Shown here in pieces: positions 37,701 to 48,835 of a DNA stretch of 64,000 nt (position 1 is the stretch's first letter; each line of letters opens with the position of its first letter). The notes under the pieces are model-generated. The model saw only the letters and a list, made by a program, of their open reading frames with translations, made no database searches and was not told the DNA's origin. The position numbers and the translations under genes are program-made. The DNA is from Selaginella moellendorffii (taxonomy: Eukaryota > Plantae > Lycopodiophyta), in the NCBI RefSeq assembly GCF_000143415.4, contig NW_003314332.1, positions 310,001 through 374,000 of the forward strand. The letters run 5' to 3'.

Positions 37701-39701
37701 TTGCTTGTAATAGATGAGTCCGTTGCATTTTGCATAGCCCATTTTCTCTTTCGTTGGTAGCTCACCTCTCTGATGAGCTTCCCGTGCCTCTAGATTCCTC
37801 AGCAACACTTCTTGTGCTAGACCATCGTTCTCATATACTGTCCGCACATCATCCCAAAAGGTTGCTGTCGCGCTGGATATTGCTAACTTCAAGCTCACCT
37901 TTCGACTTAGTGCATCTGCCACGATGTTGCTCTTCCCAGGCTTGTACAGAATCTGGCAATCAAATTCGGCCATTGGGTTAAGAAGTGTTTCATTGCCACA
38001 TTGTCCGTGTAAACCTTGAAGTGTCTTCTAAGGTAGTGTCGCCATTCCTTGAGTGCCTTGACCACCGCAAACAATTCTTTCTCATGGGTAGGCCACTTCC
38101 GTTGAGCCTTGTCCAACTTCTTCGAGAAGAATGCTATTGGATGGTTGTCTTGCTTCAAAACTGCGCCCAACGCAAAGTATAAAGCATTTGTTTCTACCTC
38201 AAAGTCCTTACCAAAGTCTGGTAATGCCAACACGGAAGCCTTCCTCAACTTCCCTTTGAGGTAGACAAATGCCGCCTTGCATTCTGCTATCCATACCATC
38301 TTCCCTTTTCCCATTTAGTCCATTAAGGGTAGAGTTACTCTCGAATAGTGTTTGATAAACTTTCGGTAGTAATTGCATAGCCCCAAGAATGCCCTTAACT
38401 CGTGTACATTTGATGGTCACTCCCAATCCTTGATCGCTTGGACCTTCTCAGGGTCCACTTTGAGCCCATCCTTGCCCACCACATGCCCGAGAAACTTTAC
38501 CTCTTGTTGAGCAAAGTCACTTTTGCTCTCTTTATCATACAGTTGGTGTTCCCTTAGTTTCTCAAACACTTTCGTCAAGTGTTCGGCATGCTCCTCTAGC
38601 GTTTTGCTATAGATCAGGATGTCATCAATATAAACGACCACAAAGTGATCTAGATAGGGTACAAAAATGTGGTTCATCAATGCCAAAAATGTTGCTGGCT
38701 CATTGCATAGCTCAAAGGGCATCACTAGAAACTTAAAGCTCCCATACTTTGTTCGACAGGTTGTCTTTTCGACATCTTCCTCTACTACCCTGAGCTGGTA
38801 GTATCCTGACCTTAGGTCAATCCTCGAGAAGTATTTTGCTTTTCCCAACCTATCGAACAGGTCCTCAATCCTTGGCAAAGGGTACTTGTTCTTCTTTGTA
38901 TACTTGTTGAGCAACTAGTAGTCTATGCACATGCGCATAGATCCATCTTTCTTTTTCACAAATAATACCGACGCCCTATATGGTGACTTACTCAACCTAA
39001 CATACCCTTTGTCCACCAACTCCTCTAGTTAGCGCTTGAGCTCCTCGAGTTCTTTTTTGTTCAAACGATAGGGGGGACGAACTATCGCCTTAGCACCCTC
39101 GACCAGCTCAATTTTATGTTCTATCGGTCATGCGGGGGGCAACCACGCCGGTAGCTCCTTTGGCATGGTATCCTGGAATTGGTCTAACACCTGCTGGATC
39201 ACTAAAGGTACTTTTTCCATTCCCATCTTTTTGTCACTCTTCACCGAGAGTAAGCACAAAAATGCTGCCTTGGTTCGTTTAGTGAGTTGTCCTCTAATGG
39301 ACACCAGGTTTAGGCAGGAATCTTTAGCCTTGCATTGCCCTACTTTTAGATCCTAGGCCTCCACCCTGGATCTTCTTCCTTGGGCATTCGCTAATACCAC
39401 AAGGTTCCTACCTTGTCCATGCAGGGCTACCACGAACCGATTGAACCAATCCATCCCGAAGATTACGTCAAATCCCACTATGTCTAACATGGTGAAATCC
39501 ATGTCTACTTTCCATGTCCCTACTTCAACTCTCGCTTGTTGAAGTACCTCATCGGTGCTTTGGCTGCCTTGCACAAACTCTATAGTTCTTGGTTCGCCTA
39601 GCCACTGCACTATTAGTCCGGCTTGCCGGACTATGTCTACAGCCACAAAATTATCCGAAGCACCCGTGTCAATAAGGATCTTAACAAAACTACCTTCGAG
39701 G
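34792..39701 (-). mobile_element. 5'-truncated, degenerate chromovirus (Gypsy A2): PR-RT-RH-INT-chromodomain and 3' LTR (34792 to ~36213, inner boundary uncertain)
   Basis: Colinear with A1 pol but with many stops. GPY motif (FAGPYEI) and chromodomain EEYEVEAILN..FHVK*KGFSHCEATWEPEE at ~36405-36545. The LTR ends GGCTTACA on the minus strand. Confidence 0.9.
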
Positions 39702-40389
39702 GGCGCGGACCATAGTTGAGCTCACGAGTTGAGCTCAATTTTCAATTGTAATTTAGTATAAATATTATAAATTTTAAAATTTTAAGGTTATGGCAAACCT
39801 AATAATTTAATAACTCTCTATATATTATATAGATAAAAATGTTCTAAAGAACACTTTTTGTTCTAATAATTTAAATATTTACTACATGCAATGATAGGGA
39901 CATTTGTTAGAACATAAAATAAAATGTTTGCAAAAAGAGTATTCTTGTCACTTCTTTAAATTTGTACTCTATCCTTTCTGGCTAGTAAATGTTAGGTTTG
40001 TCAGAATTAAAAAATTATTAAATTTGAAATAAGATTTTATGTAAAGCCATATAACCATTTGAAAGGAAAAAAAATAACCGTTGATGTAAGCTTATTGCAT
40101 ATAAAAGAAAGACTTGGTTCTTTGTAGAATACATTCTTGAGGGATTTGTCGTAGCATACTATCTAGAATTTATAGATCTTCATTCACACTCTCATTCAAA
40201 AAAAGGGAAATACACCCACAAATATCTATGGGTTTTAGTGTTGGTAATTTTAACTCTCACAATCTTTCTTTCTAGGGTTCAAGGGCTAGGAGATGCAATA
40301 ACTATCCCATTGCACAGCATAACCAAATCACACAAGAGAATAAAAGAGAGGATAGTGATGATAGTGATCATGAGTTAGAGATAAATGCA

Positions 40390-40674
40390 ATGACAGAGGG
40401 TGCAACAAATTGGGTGAAAAAGAATGCCCTCTTACTTGTTTTAGAAAAGTGCAATTCTGCCACTTTCAAGAAGTGCCCCATATGTTTTCTAGCATTTGGT
40501 GGAAACAATGGCAATGATCAGTATGATGGTATATATGCTCTTGCGACACACTACAACATCATGCACCCGAAAGACTACTATGAAATCTTTTTTGAGATGG
40601 TAAAGACAGAAATGGAGACACACGAGTACTATGGGCAGTATTGCGAGAAGAACACTCAGAAGCATATAAAATGA
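40390..40674 (+). CDS. Small putative zinc-finger ORF or exon convergent with the MULE transposase
   Basis: CPIC-x21-H-x4-H pattern (CPICFLAFGG...ALATHYNIMH); possible acceptor ttctAG near 40276. Confidence 0.35.
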   Translation: MTEGATNWVKKNALLLVLEKCNSATFKKCPICFLAFGGNNGNDQYDGIYALATHYNIMHPKDYYEIFFEMVKTEMETHEYYGQYCEKNTQKHIK

Positions 40675-40829
40675 AAAGTGAAATGAAAAAGTATATTTTT
40701 ATTAATTATATAAAGTATAATAAGTTTTATTGATAGAGAATAAACATCGATAGTGTTGGAGAAATCTAATTAGCTCCAAAAGTTTTCTACAACTCAGCAA
40801 TAGTAAGGCTTGCTTGGTGTATATGAATG

Positions 40830-43800
40830 AATATCCACTTTAGGATCTTGGTGCAAAATGTTGATGAAGATGTAGTACATATGCTTGCAAGGAGCATATG
40901 CCTTCCCATGTTCCTCGCGCTTCGTAAAGTCTAGATATGTGCAAGAAGGAAAGTCGTGAATGGGAATTGTGTACTCTCCACCTTCTGTTTTGACTGTGTA
41001 CTCTTTTGCAAGCCAGTGATGTACTTCGTGAAGAGAATCTTACACTCAAGTGTTTGAGCCAAGTTTATTTTACCTTGCTTCTGCTTGGAGATGGTACCAA
41101 TAAATTTAACTGCCTTACCTTTTCGTGCTGGCCTCCTATGCATCTCTGTAGGAATAGTCCTGCTCCTGTCACTCATGTCTCCAACTCTCCTCTCAAGATT
41201 AAAACCAGATTTCTCAAGGTTTTCAATCTCATCCGAGGTGAGTGCGCCCCATTAGCAACTGGCCATTCTTTAGGTACTGCATCAGGTTTAGTCACTATAG
41301 TGTCTTCAAGCTGCTTCGTATGGTTGGCATCGGTATTGCAACAATATAGCCAACACCATCTTGAAAATCCTACTTGCTTTTGTTCCCCATAGAAACATGG
41401 GGCTGGAACAGAAGCAGATTTTTCACCACGAATCCAAGCCCAACACTTGCCCCTCAGAAGCATCCCCACACACCTTACATTTGATTTTGCTGGCACGCGT
41501 CGGATTGCCCATTGCTTCGGCTCTATGCTACGGTAACCAATTTCAACCTGTTGCGATGCACTCTCTTCATCAGCCACTTGAGGTGGCTCGGTCCGAGAGT
41601 GGTGTCTTGGAGCAGAATGGTACTCGACATCAGGCCTGTGAGAGCTTTTTGCTTCAAGGTCCGTACCAACATCTTCCCCAGCAAAGGAAAAACGACGCTT
41701 TGAGCGGACAGTCTTCATATCACCAATAGAAGCTCGGGGAGTGTACTCCATAGATGTGCCACGGACCACTTCCTCAACTGCAATTGCCACTATTCGGGCG
41801 GGTGGAGTTAATTTTCTCTTCATCCTATCATGTAACATCTCAATAGAAGGCCCTGTTCCCATGTATCTTCCTTCCTCGAATGCCAATGATTTTGAAGATT
41901 GCTCTATGGCACGTATCAAATCTAATAGACAGGCTTTGTATAGACTCATCTTCCCTTTCCCTGCCTCAGAGGAACGCCAACTCTAATGCATACTTTCAGA
42001 GAGATTCACAGTTGGGGTGTATGCGAGGTCCTCAAGTGGTTGATCCTAATGGAAAAGGCAATATTAAAAGGTAATAAAAAGAGAAGAAAAAATATAAACC
42101 AATATGAAAAGATTGATGTCCCCATTGGAGCATCCTAACTTCCCACCATCCTAACCATGACTCAAGTTGTGGTAGGCAACTTACGTCTGTATGGCCATCT
42201 TCACGCCACCACATTCGGATCTCGTTTGCTTTTGCCTCATGCTCTTCTTCAGAAGGTGAAATTTGCCATTCTTTTCACAACTCTTTAAATATTGATTGAA
42301 ACTCTGGCTTGATAAGGTGGCAGTGTTGGTTTAGGCTTTGAGCCCAATGGAACTCACAAGTCCTCTCACGACCTTCCAATGGTTGACCATTCCCAAAAAC
42401 TGCTCGGATACCATTCTAGTTTGCACCAGCCCCATCTGCCATGAAACCATGAAAGTTTGCAAGCTTACTAGTCCGCTTTAGGACAATATCAGAGAGGGAC
42501 TTCCAAAATATTTCCTATGCTGTCTGGTCTTGTACTTTAAACTCTGCTGTCGCAATTGTTAAGTTACAACGTAGCCTATGAAAACATAAATATTATAACA
42601 ATTTCAATATAATGAGAATAAAAATTACCTTGGATCATACACATGAGCTCCCATGGTTGTCCAACCGGATACACGCTCCATATGGTCAAAATGTACCCAT
42701 GCATTTGCAAGGTCACTGGACCCAAACATGTCTATTCGGGAGACAAGATCTACGCCAGAGGCAGGGCCCATGGTAGACATTTTGAAGACGAAGGGGCGCT
42801 CTTGCTCATTCACAACTTGGTTTGGAAACAAACTTCCGTGGATGAACTCGTATGGACAGGTCTGTTTTAATTCAAGGATGGAGTCAATTTTTTATTGCAA
42901 CTTCCCCTCTTGAGATTCACACATCCAAGATTTTATCCTAAACAATATAATGTAAAAAAAATTTATTATTATAACGTATGAAAAATAACAGATGTACCTC
43001 CTTAGGCTAGTAGCAGGTTGTACTCCTTGTAGTAAGTCCCGCAAGCTAGCCTCGTTTAGTTGAGTCTTTTGGCAACCTAGATTGAGTAAGGTATTTGCGA
43101 TAAAATCCTTGAGGACGGTCTTTTGAACATGCTTCGGAGTTGCAAATGAGTTTCTCATAGTCTCTTCCTGTACAACATCTTTGAAACGGTTGAGAGAACT
43201 CCTTTGTATCCCTTCCTGCATTGGATGCATATGTGTGCCAACATGCACTACAGCTCTTCCAGCCACTCCATTCCGTGGAAGAAAGTAGTACATCTTGGTC
43301 TCGCAGATAGCATGACATAAAGGAGCATTTTTGCAGAATCGACATTTGAATCCAATAGCAATGGTGTCACAGGCTGGAGGATTGACTGCAGACCCTTCGA
43401 AAAATATAGAGTTTCTAGAGCGGTCTCAATTGCATGCTTCATCCACACAATCTAAATGCCCGCCACAATGAACTATAGACACTGTGCCTTCAAAATGGTG
43501 GACATCCTGCTTGGTTTCCATCACCTTCCGTTTGGAACCTGTGCTGCTGACAAGAGGTGGTAGCTCGAAGAAAATGTTGCCGTTGTAGGAGGATGGAAGC
43601 TCACTCATAGGCCTATACAAAAACAAGTTCACATCGATTGAGAGGCATGAAAACTGGAAAGCATTGCTAACGGCTTTGAATATTGCTGAAGTTGGAGTTG
43701 GAGCTGGAGCTGGAGCTGGTGAATTTGGCGCCGACACTAGCATGACATCTCCACTTGAACTAGAAGAGGACGAGTGGATAACGACTGACTCTTGCTTCAC

Positions 43801-44094
43801 ATTCACTTTCGTTGGAGCGCATTTTGGCATTTTAACTGGAGATCCGAACACTCGAATCTCCTTCAACTTGGAATTTTGTAAATCCCATTGTTGTCCACCC
43901 TCGCCCACACCGGAAAGAAGAAACTCCGAGTATGCAACTATACCAGTGTCGTTGCGGATCACAGCCTCTAAAGAAATAGAGCCAAGACGAAGATCAAAAC
44001 GCCGACATAAAAAACTTTCAGAAACAATACTCTGAGAGAATAAAAGAGGTGGGTGATCTCGAAAATGAAGAAGAAACCTCTCCATCCTTCTCAA
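40830..44094 (-). pseudogene. Mutator-like (MULE) DDE transposase pseudogene, multi-exon, with an N-terminal GCM/WRKY-like zinc domain
   Basis: WVHFDH (D1), GFMADGAGAN*NGIRAVF (D2), ERTCEFHWAQSL (CxxH), TVNLSESMH (E). In-frame TAGs at ~42417 and ~42516. N-terminal HCGGHLDC..C and RAVVHVGTHMHP. Confidence 0.8.
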
Positions 44095-44985
44095 TAGGTT
44101 TTGGAGTTCACTCTCTTTATGCTAGTAAAAATCTATAGTGAAACATAATTGAAATTTAAATAGAGTAATAAAAAGACAATGTACAAAATGAATTTAAATT
44201 CTATAACAAATTTAACATGTGTAAGTGTGACAGTATTAATATTACTATCATCTATTATGATGTCTGATGCATGTATACACATAGATCCAAGGAAAGATTT
44301 TCAGCACGTGAAGTTTGATAGTTAATAATGATAACAGTAATGACATTCTGCTATAACGTGTCAAACCAAGAGATCCAATCTAACTATCAGCACATGTGAT
44401 ATGTCAAGTTGTCAAATTTTAAGTGGTAGATGATAATAAATCTTATCAAATCTTACTCTTCAATGACAGATTTGATTCGTAGTACAACTCAAGTTTTATT
44501 CATAATTGTGAACACTGCTCAATAACATTTAAAGCACGTGCCTATTGTTTAGGATCTAATACAACACAAAATAAATTTCTGGATGAGGATTCATCCATTC
44601 ATAGATGGATATAGTACAACATATTTTAACGTGCCTTATTTATACTCTTTAAAGTTCTTGTAACGATTCCAAAATATGTATAAAATATTGATGAGAATGC
44701 ATCCTTTCTAGATAATTTGTAAAATATAATATCATATCCCTAATAACAGAAATGTTGATAGGTGCTAGTTATACCATCATTAAAATATACAAAATAAAGA
44801 AGCATAATTTACATATAATAATAATGATAAGATAAAATAAGATCAAAGATATTGTGATGGTTGAGATTTAGGTTATTCGGAATGAACGGCCAGGATTAGA
44901 GATTGGTTAGGGTTAGGGCAGCCATCAGGATTAGGGTTAGGGTAGCTGCCAAGATTAGGTTACTGTTTGCATCGTGAGTGGAGCA

Positions 44986-45262
44986 CGCGAGAGATCGAGG
45001 GATTGAGCGGGAAGGAGATCGAGGGATTGAGCGCGAAGGAGATCGAGGGATTGAGCGCGAAGGAGATCGAGGGATTGAGCGCGAAGGAGATCGAGGGATT
45101 GAGCGCCCAAGAGATCGAGAGATTGAGCGCATGAGTGGGAGAGATTGAGTGCGTGAGCGGGAGAGTTTGAGCGCGCGAGCGGGAGAGATTGAGCGTGCGA
45201 GCCGGAGAGATTGAGTGCGCGAGCAGGAGAGATTGAGTGCGCGAGCGGGAGAGATTGAGCGC
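44986..45262. repeat. Minisatellite: 24-bp unit gagatcgagggattgagcgcgaag x5-6 grading into ~22-bp units
   Basis: Direct periodicity; TTAGGG-like doublets lie just upstream (44907-44943). Confidence 0.85.
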
Positions 45263-45407
45263 ACAAGAAATCTAGCACGATCAAGAAATCAAGGGAGGAA
45301 AGATGCCACCAAGGGTGAATTTCGATTTGATTGCTTCCACTTCCATTTTTTGAGTCTATTGCTTCCATTCCATTGCTTCTCTTTTTTTTCTTGATTGCTT
45401 CTTTGCT

Positions 45408-45572
45408 GGCTGAGCTCGAGCTCGGGCCGGCCACCTCGGGCACTTTGGCTGCCCAGGGGGCCGAGGTTATTGAATAACCTCGGCCCCTCAGCGAGCAAAA
45501 CTGCCTGAGCTCGAGCTCGGGCCGGCCACCTCGGGCAGTTTTGCTTGCCGAGGGGCCGAGGTTATTTGAATT
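45408..45572. repeat. GC-rich direct repeat with an embedded 15-bp perfect hairpin (45457-45487)
   Basis: ctgagctcgagctcgggccggccacctcgggca twice; ggggccgaggttatt-g-aataacctcggcccc. Confidence 0.8.
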
Positions 45573-45580
45573 ACACGCTT

Positions 45581-48500
45581 GAGGAACACAATTTGAGGAA
45601 CACACGCTTTGGGCTTTCACCCCAAGCCTCCCTTAGTATCAGGAGTTAGTCTTTGGGACAAGCTTGAAACTTACTAAATATGGAATGTTCCTAGATTGCG
45701 AATTTGGACACGGGATGAACACTATTGTGTTCAAATTAATCTCTACATTCTGTAGATATGCCAAATGAGCAAATCTGGACACTTTCCATAAATAGCATTT
45801 GGGACCGAAATGAGATTAACACAAAGGGCATGATAGTGAGGGTGTTTGGCAGACACAGTAAGTTATCATCCAGCAATATTGAGGGACTAATCTCAATACG
45901 TGAGGGTTCTTGTCACTAGCAAGTGCAAGACACAACGAGACGGGAATTCCTTACCGGGCTAAGTATGCTTAGCTAATAACACGTAAGAATTCCGTCCTTA
46001 TGCTCGTCCGGTCTAAGTACACTCGAAATGCCCAGTTAACTCCACTAGCACAAGAGGGACTGATAAAGGGTCCAGCAATACCGACCTCCTGCCATCGTGG
46101 CAGTAAGGTAAGAGTGTTCGTAAGGACTGGTCGACAGGTATCTTTTGATACTCGAAGTCACATTCACGACACTCTACCCCCCTAGGGAAGATCGACGTCC
46201 TCGTTGATGCATACTCGAGTCTAGAATACCTCCAAGGAAACAACTCTAGAAAAAGTTCACGGTATTCACACTATGTGAGAAATGCACCGACTTAAATGAG
46301 TTAGGAAGCAACCTCTTTGTCTAACGCGGATGCCCTACCAGCTCAGACACCTTCCGGCCATCGCCGACAAGGAAATGACCAACGGAGTCAGCCACCTTTG
46401 CTGCTCTGGAAGTCACCCAGCTTACAAAAGTGTGATATGCCCCTACCCACAGGAACATAGAGAGAGAAGCCAGAGGCCCCAACCCTCCTAAGCAAAGAAA
46501 CCAAACCCGTCGGTAAGGTTTAGATAGACTACTGTAAACAGGCAGTTAGAGTTGTTTACACGGTCACACCCTTTCAACGGAATAAGGAACATCGATAGAA
46601 AGGTGGGTTATGTGACCAGTCGACAGTAGCTACCCCATGACTAGAGATTTCACCATGCACACGAAGTGCCGAAGTCAGTCTGCCCATTACTGGCCCAAAC
46701 TCAAAGATCAATAGATGGACAATATCAAAGTCATAGACAATGATATCTTAGAGTCGGAATTATCAGTGAATAAATCTTATATTAGAACACAAAAGTATTC
46801 CAAGTATGTTATCATCTGATAAATGAGTAGTTGGTTATAGGAACCACAAAGATCATCAAAATTGGTAAACACAGGATTCACCATCCAACAAAATTCAATA
46901 GCAAGTATATCATCAAGTAAACTCAATGATGAAACTTAACTACCGAAGATAGCAAACAGTAAGCCAACAACTTACTAGAGATAACTCAAAGAACACAAAG
47001 TATCATTGACTGACAAGCACAATGCTCGCAAATGCATCACCCAAAGGAAATAACATCCTAATCTATGAGAACTAACTCGATCAATAATCAACAGAAAAAA
47101 ATGAATGCTGCAAAGCAAATAAACACTTGCTCATATCAACCATTGCACTAGCCAATTTGAATAGATCCCGGTCAATAATACCAAGGAACCAGAGTTTCTT
47201 AAGCAAGTGTCAGCAACATCCCACCGATGTCTCAAACCCAAAAGACCAAACCAGAGCAAACCATAAACAACATATGGTATTGCAAAAAGCCATAAGTCAT
47301 CAAAGATAATAACTAACCAGCATAAAAGATCATCAATCATCCCATCAATAAAGAGATGCATAATCATCGTTGAAGAAAGAATCTACCATCCCGAAGAACA
47401 GCAACTCAGTCTATATCAACAACAATAATTAAGCAAAACTCTTGACAAGGATAATCAATTATCCAAGATGATAGTCAATCATCACCAATGATTGCCAGAT
47501 GCAAATACTAACTTCAACATCGAAGCTAAAGAGCCAAAAATGCCTTCCCTAACAACTTCTAACAAATGGAACAATGAGCACAAAATTCAAGGAACCAAAA
47601 GCTCGAAGAAGCCTATACCCAAGTCTTGCCTAATAATGATCACAAGTCTCATAAAAGCTAACTTCAATGCTAAAGAAGAAATTGTGATGCAACCCACAGT
47701 ATCTTCCTTAACACATCCATAAGCCAAACTTCATAATGCCAAAGCTAATGAAGAGCATTTCTGCATCAATCCAAAAGCTAAGCATAATGGAGTTATGCCC
47801 AACAAGTGATCATTAAACGATCCTCCATGAATCCATCTACAGCAAGACGTAACTCACTTTATAACAAGCAGAAGAAAAATCATCAATGATCATTATATCC
47901 CAACTGAAATCCAACAAGGATTTAATCATTCCAATATCGAACACTAATTCTTTCTCTCGTAAAGCTAGTATAGTCCACAACTAAATCACTTTTCAAGGAA
48001 AAGCTAAAGCTCAACCTCAACTAAGCAATCTCGTATAAAACACAACTAACTCAACTTGCCACTCAATTTATTTGAACATCAACACAGTTGCTAACTAGCA
48101 AATGCATGTATGCCACAACACAAAGCTAAAGCCAAATCATCAACACTTTTCATCAAGACTAATGAAACTCAATATCAATCCTAAGGAAAGACATCTCATT
48201 TCACTCAAGTCTCAATAGCAACAATATCAATGACAAAGCATCACTTTAATGCCATCAACACCAGGACAAAGCTAGAAGAAAGCAAGAGTGAATCACCACT
48301 CGGAGCTTTCCAGCAACTAAGCTAACCAAAGTCGAAAATACTATACTTAGTATCCGAGACCAATCCTTTAGCAAAACTCAGTTACAAATAACACATCATC
48401 AAGGAGTGAATCACCACATCCAAGACTCAATGAAATCTAACACTATAGACCAAACGTAACCAAATGATATTGACAAAGGAATTGACATGCCAACATGGAA

Positions 48501-48835
48501 AAACCATGCTAACCTAATAACACGATCCTCCGCAACACCATCCGGTAAAGCAAGCCCATCACTTGCTAAATCATCATCGAGCAAAACAAGTGTCAACGGT
48601 CCTTGATGAAGTCTACAAGTAATCACTAGTCGCAAAGCAACTAACAATCACTTCTCAACTTGCCTTCACAAGACCCAAACACCAACTCTTGTCATCAAGT
48701 TATATACTTGTCCAACATGAACATAATACCCTAAGTACGAGATAAAAGTTCATACTCGAATCCAACTCAACCGCAATAAGCTCACTAAAACATTTAGCCA
48801 CTAGCTCTGAGCATGCCTTGAAGAGGCTAGCTATG
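45581..48835 (-). mobile_element. Family-C element: internal region, PPT 46172-46182 and truncated 3' LTR (45581-46171)
   Basis: Reverse-complement match to the other family-C copies; minus strand GGGGGTAGAG-TGTCGTG. Confidence 0.8.

Noticed and set aside
44986-45262. CRISPR-like array
   Set aside because: Head-to-tail units with no unique spacers, no cas genes, and a eukaryotic context
39702-45580. Terminal inverted repeats or TSD for the MULE
   Set aside because: The two putative ends are not reverse complements and no duplication was found
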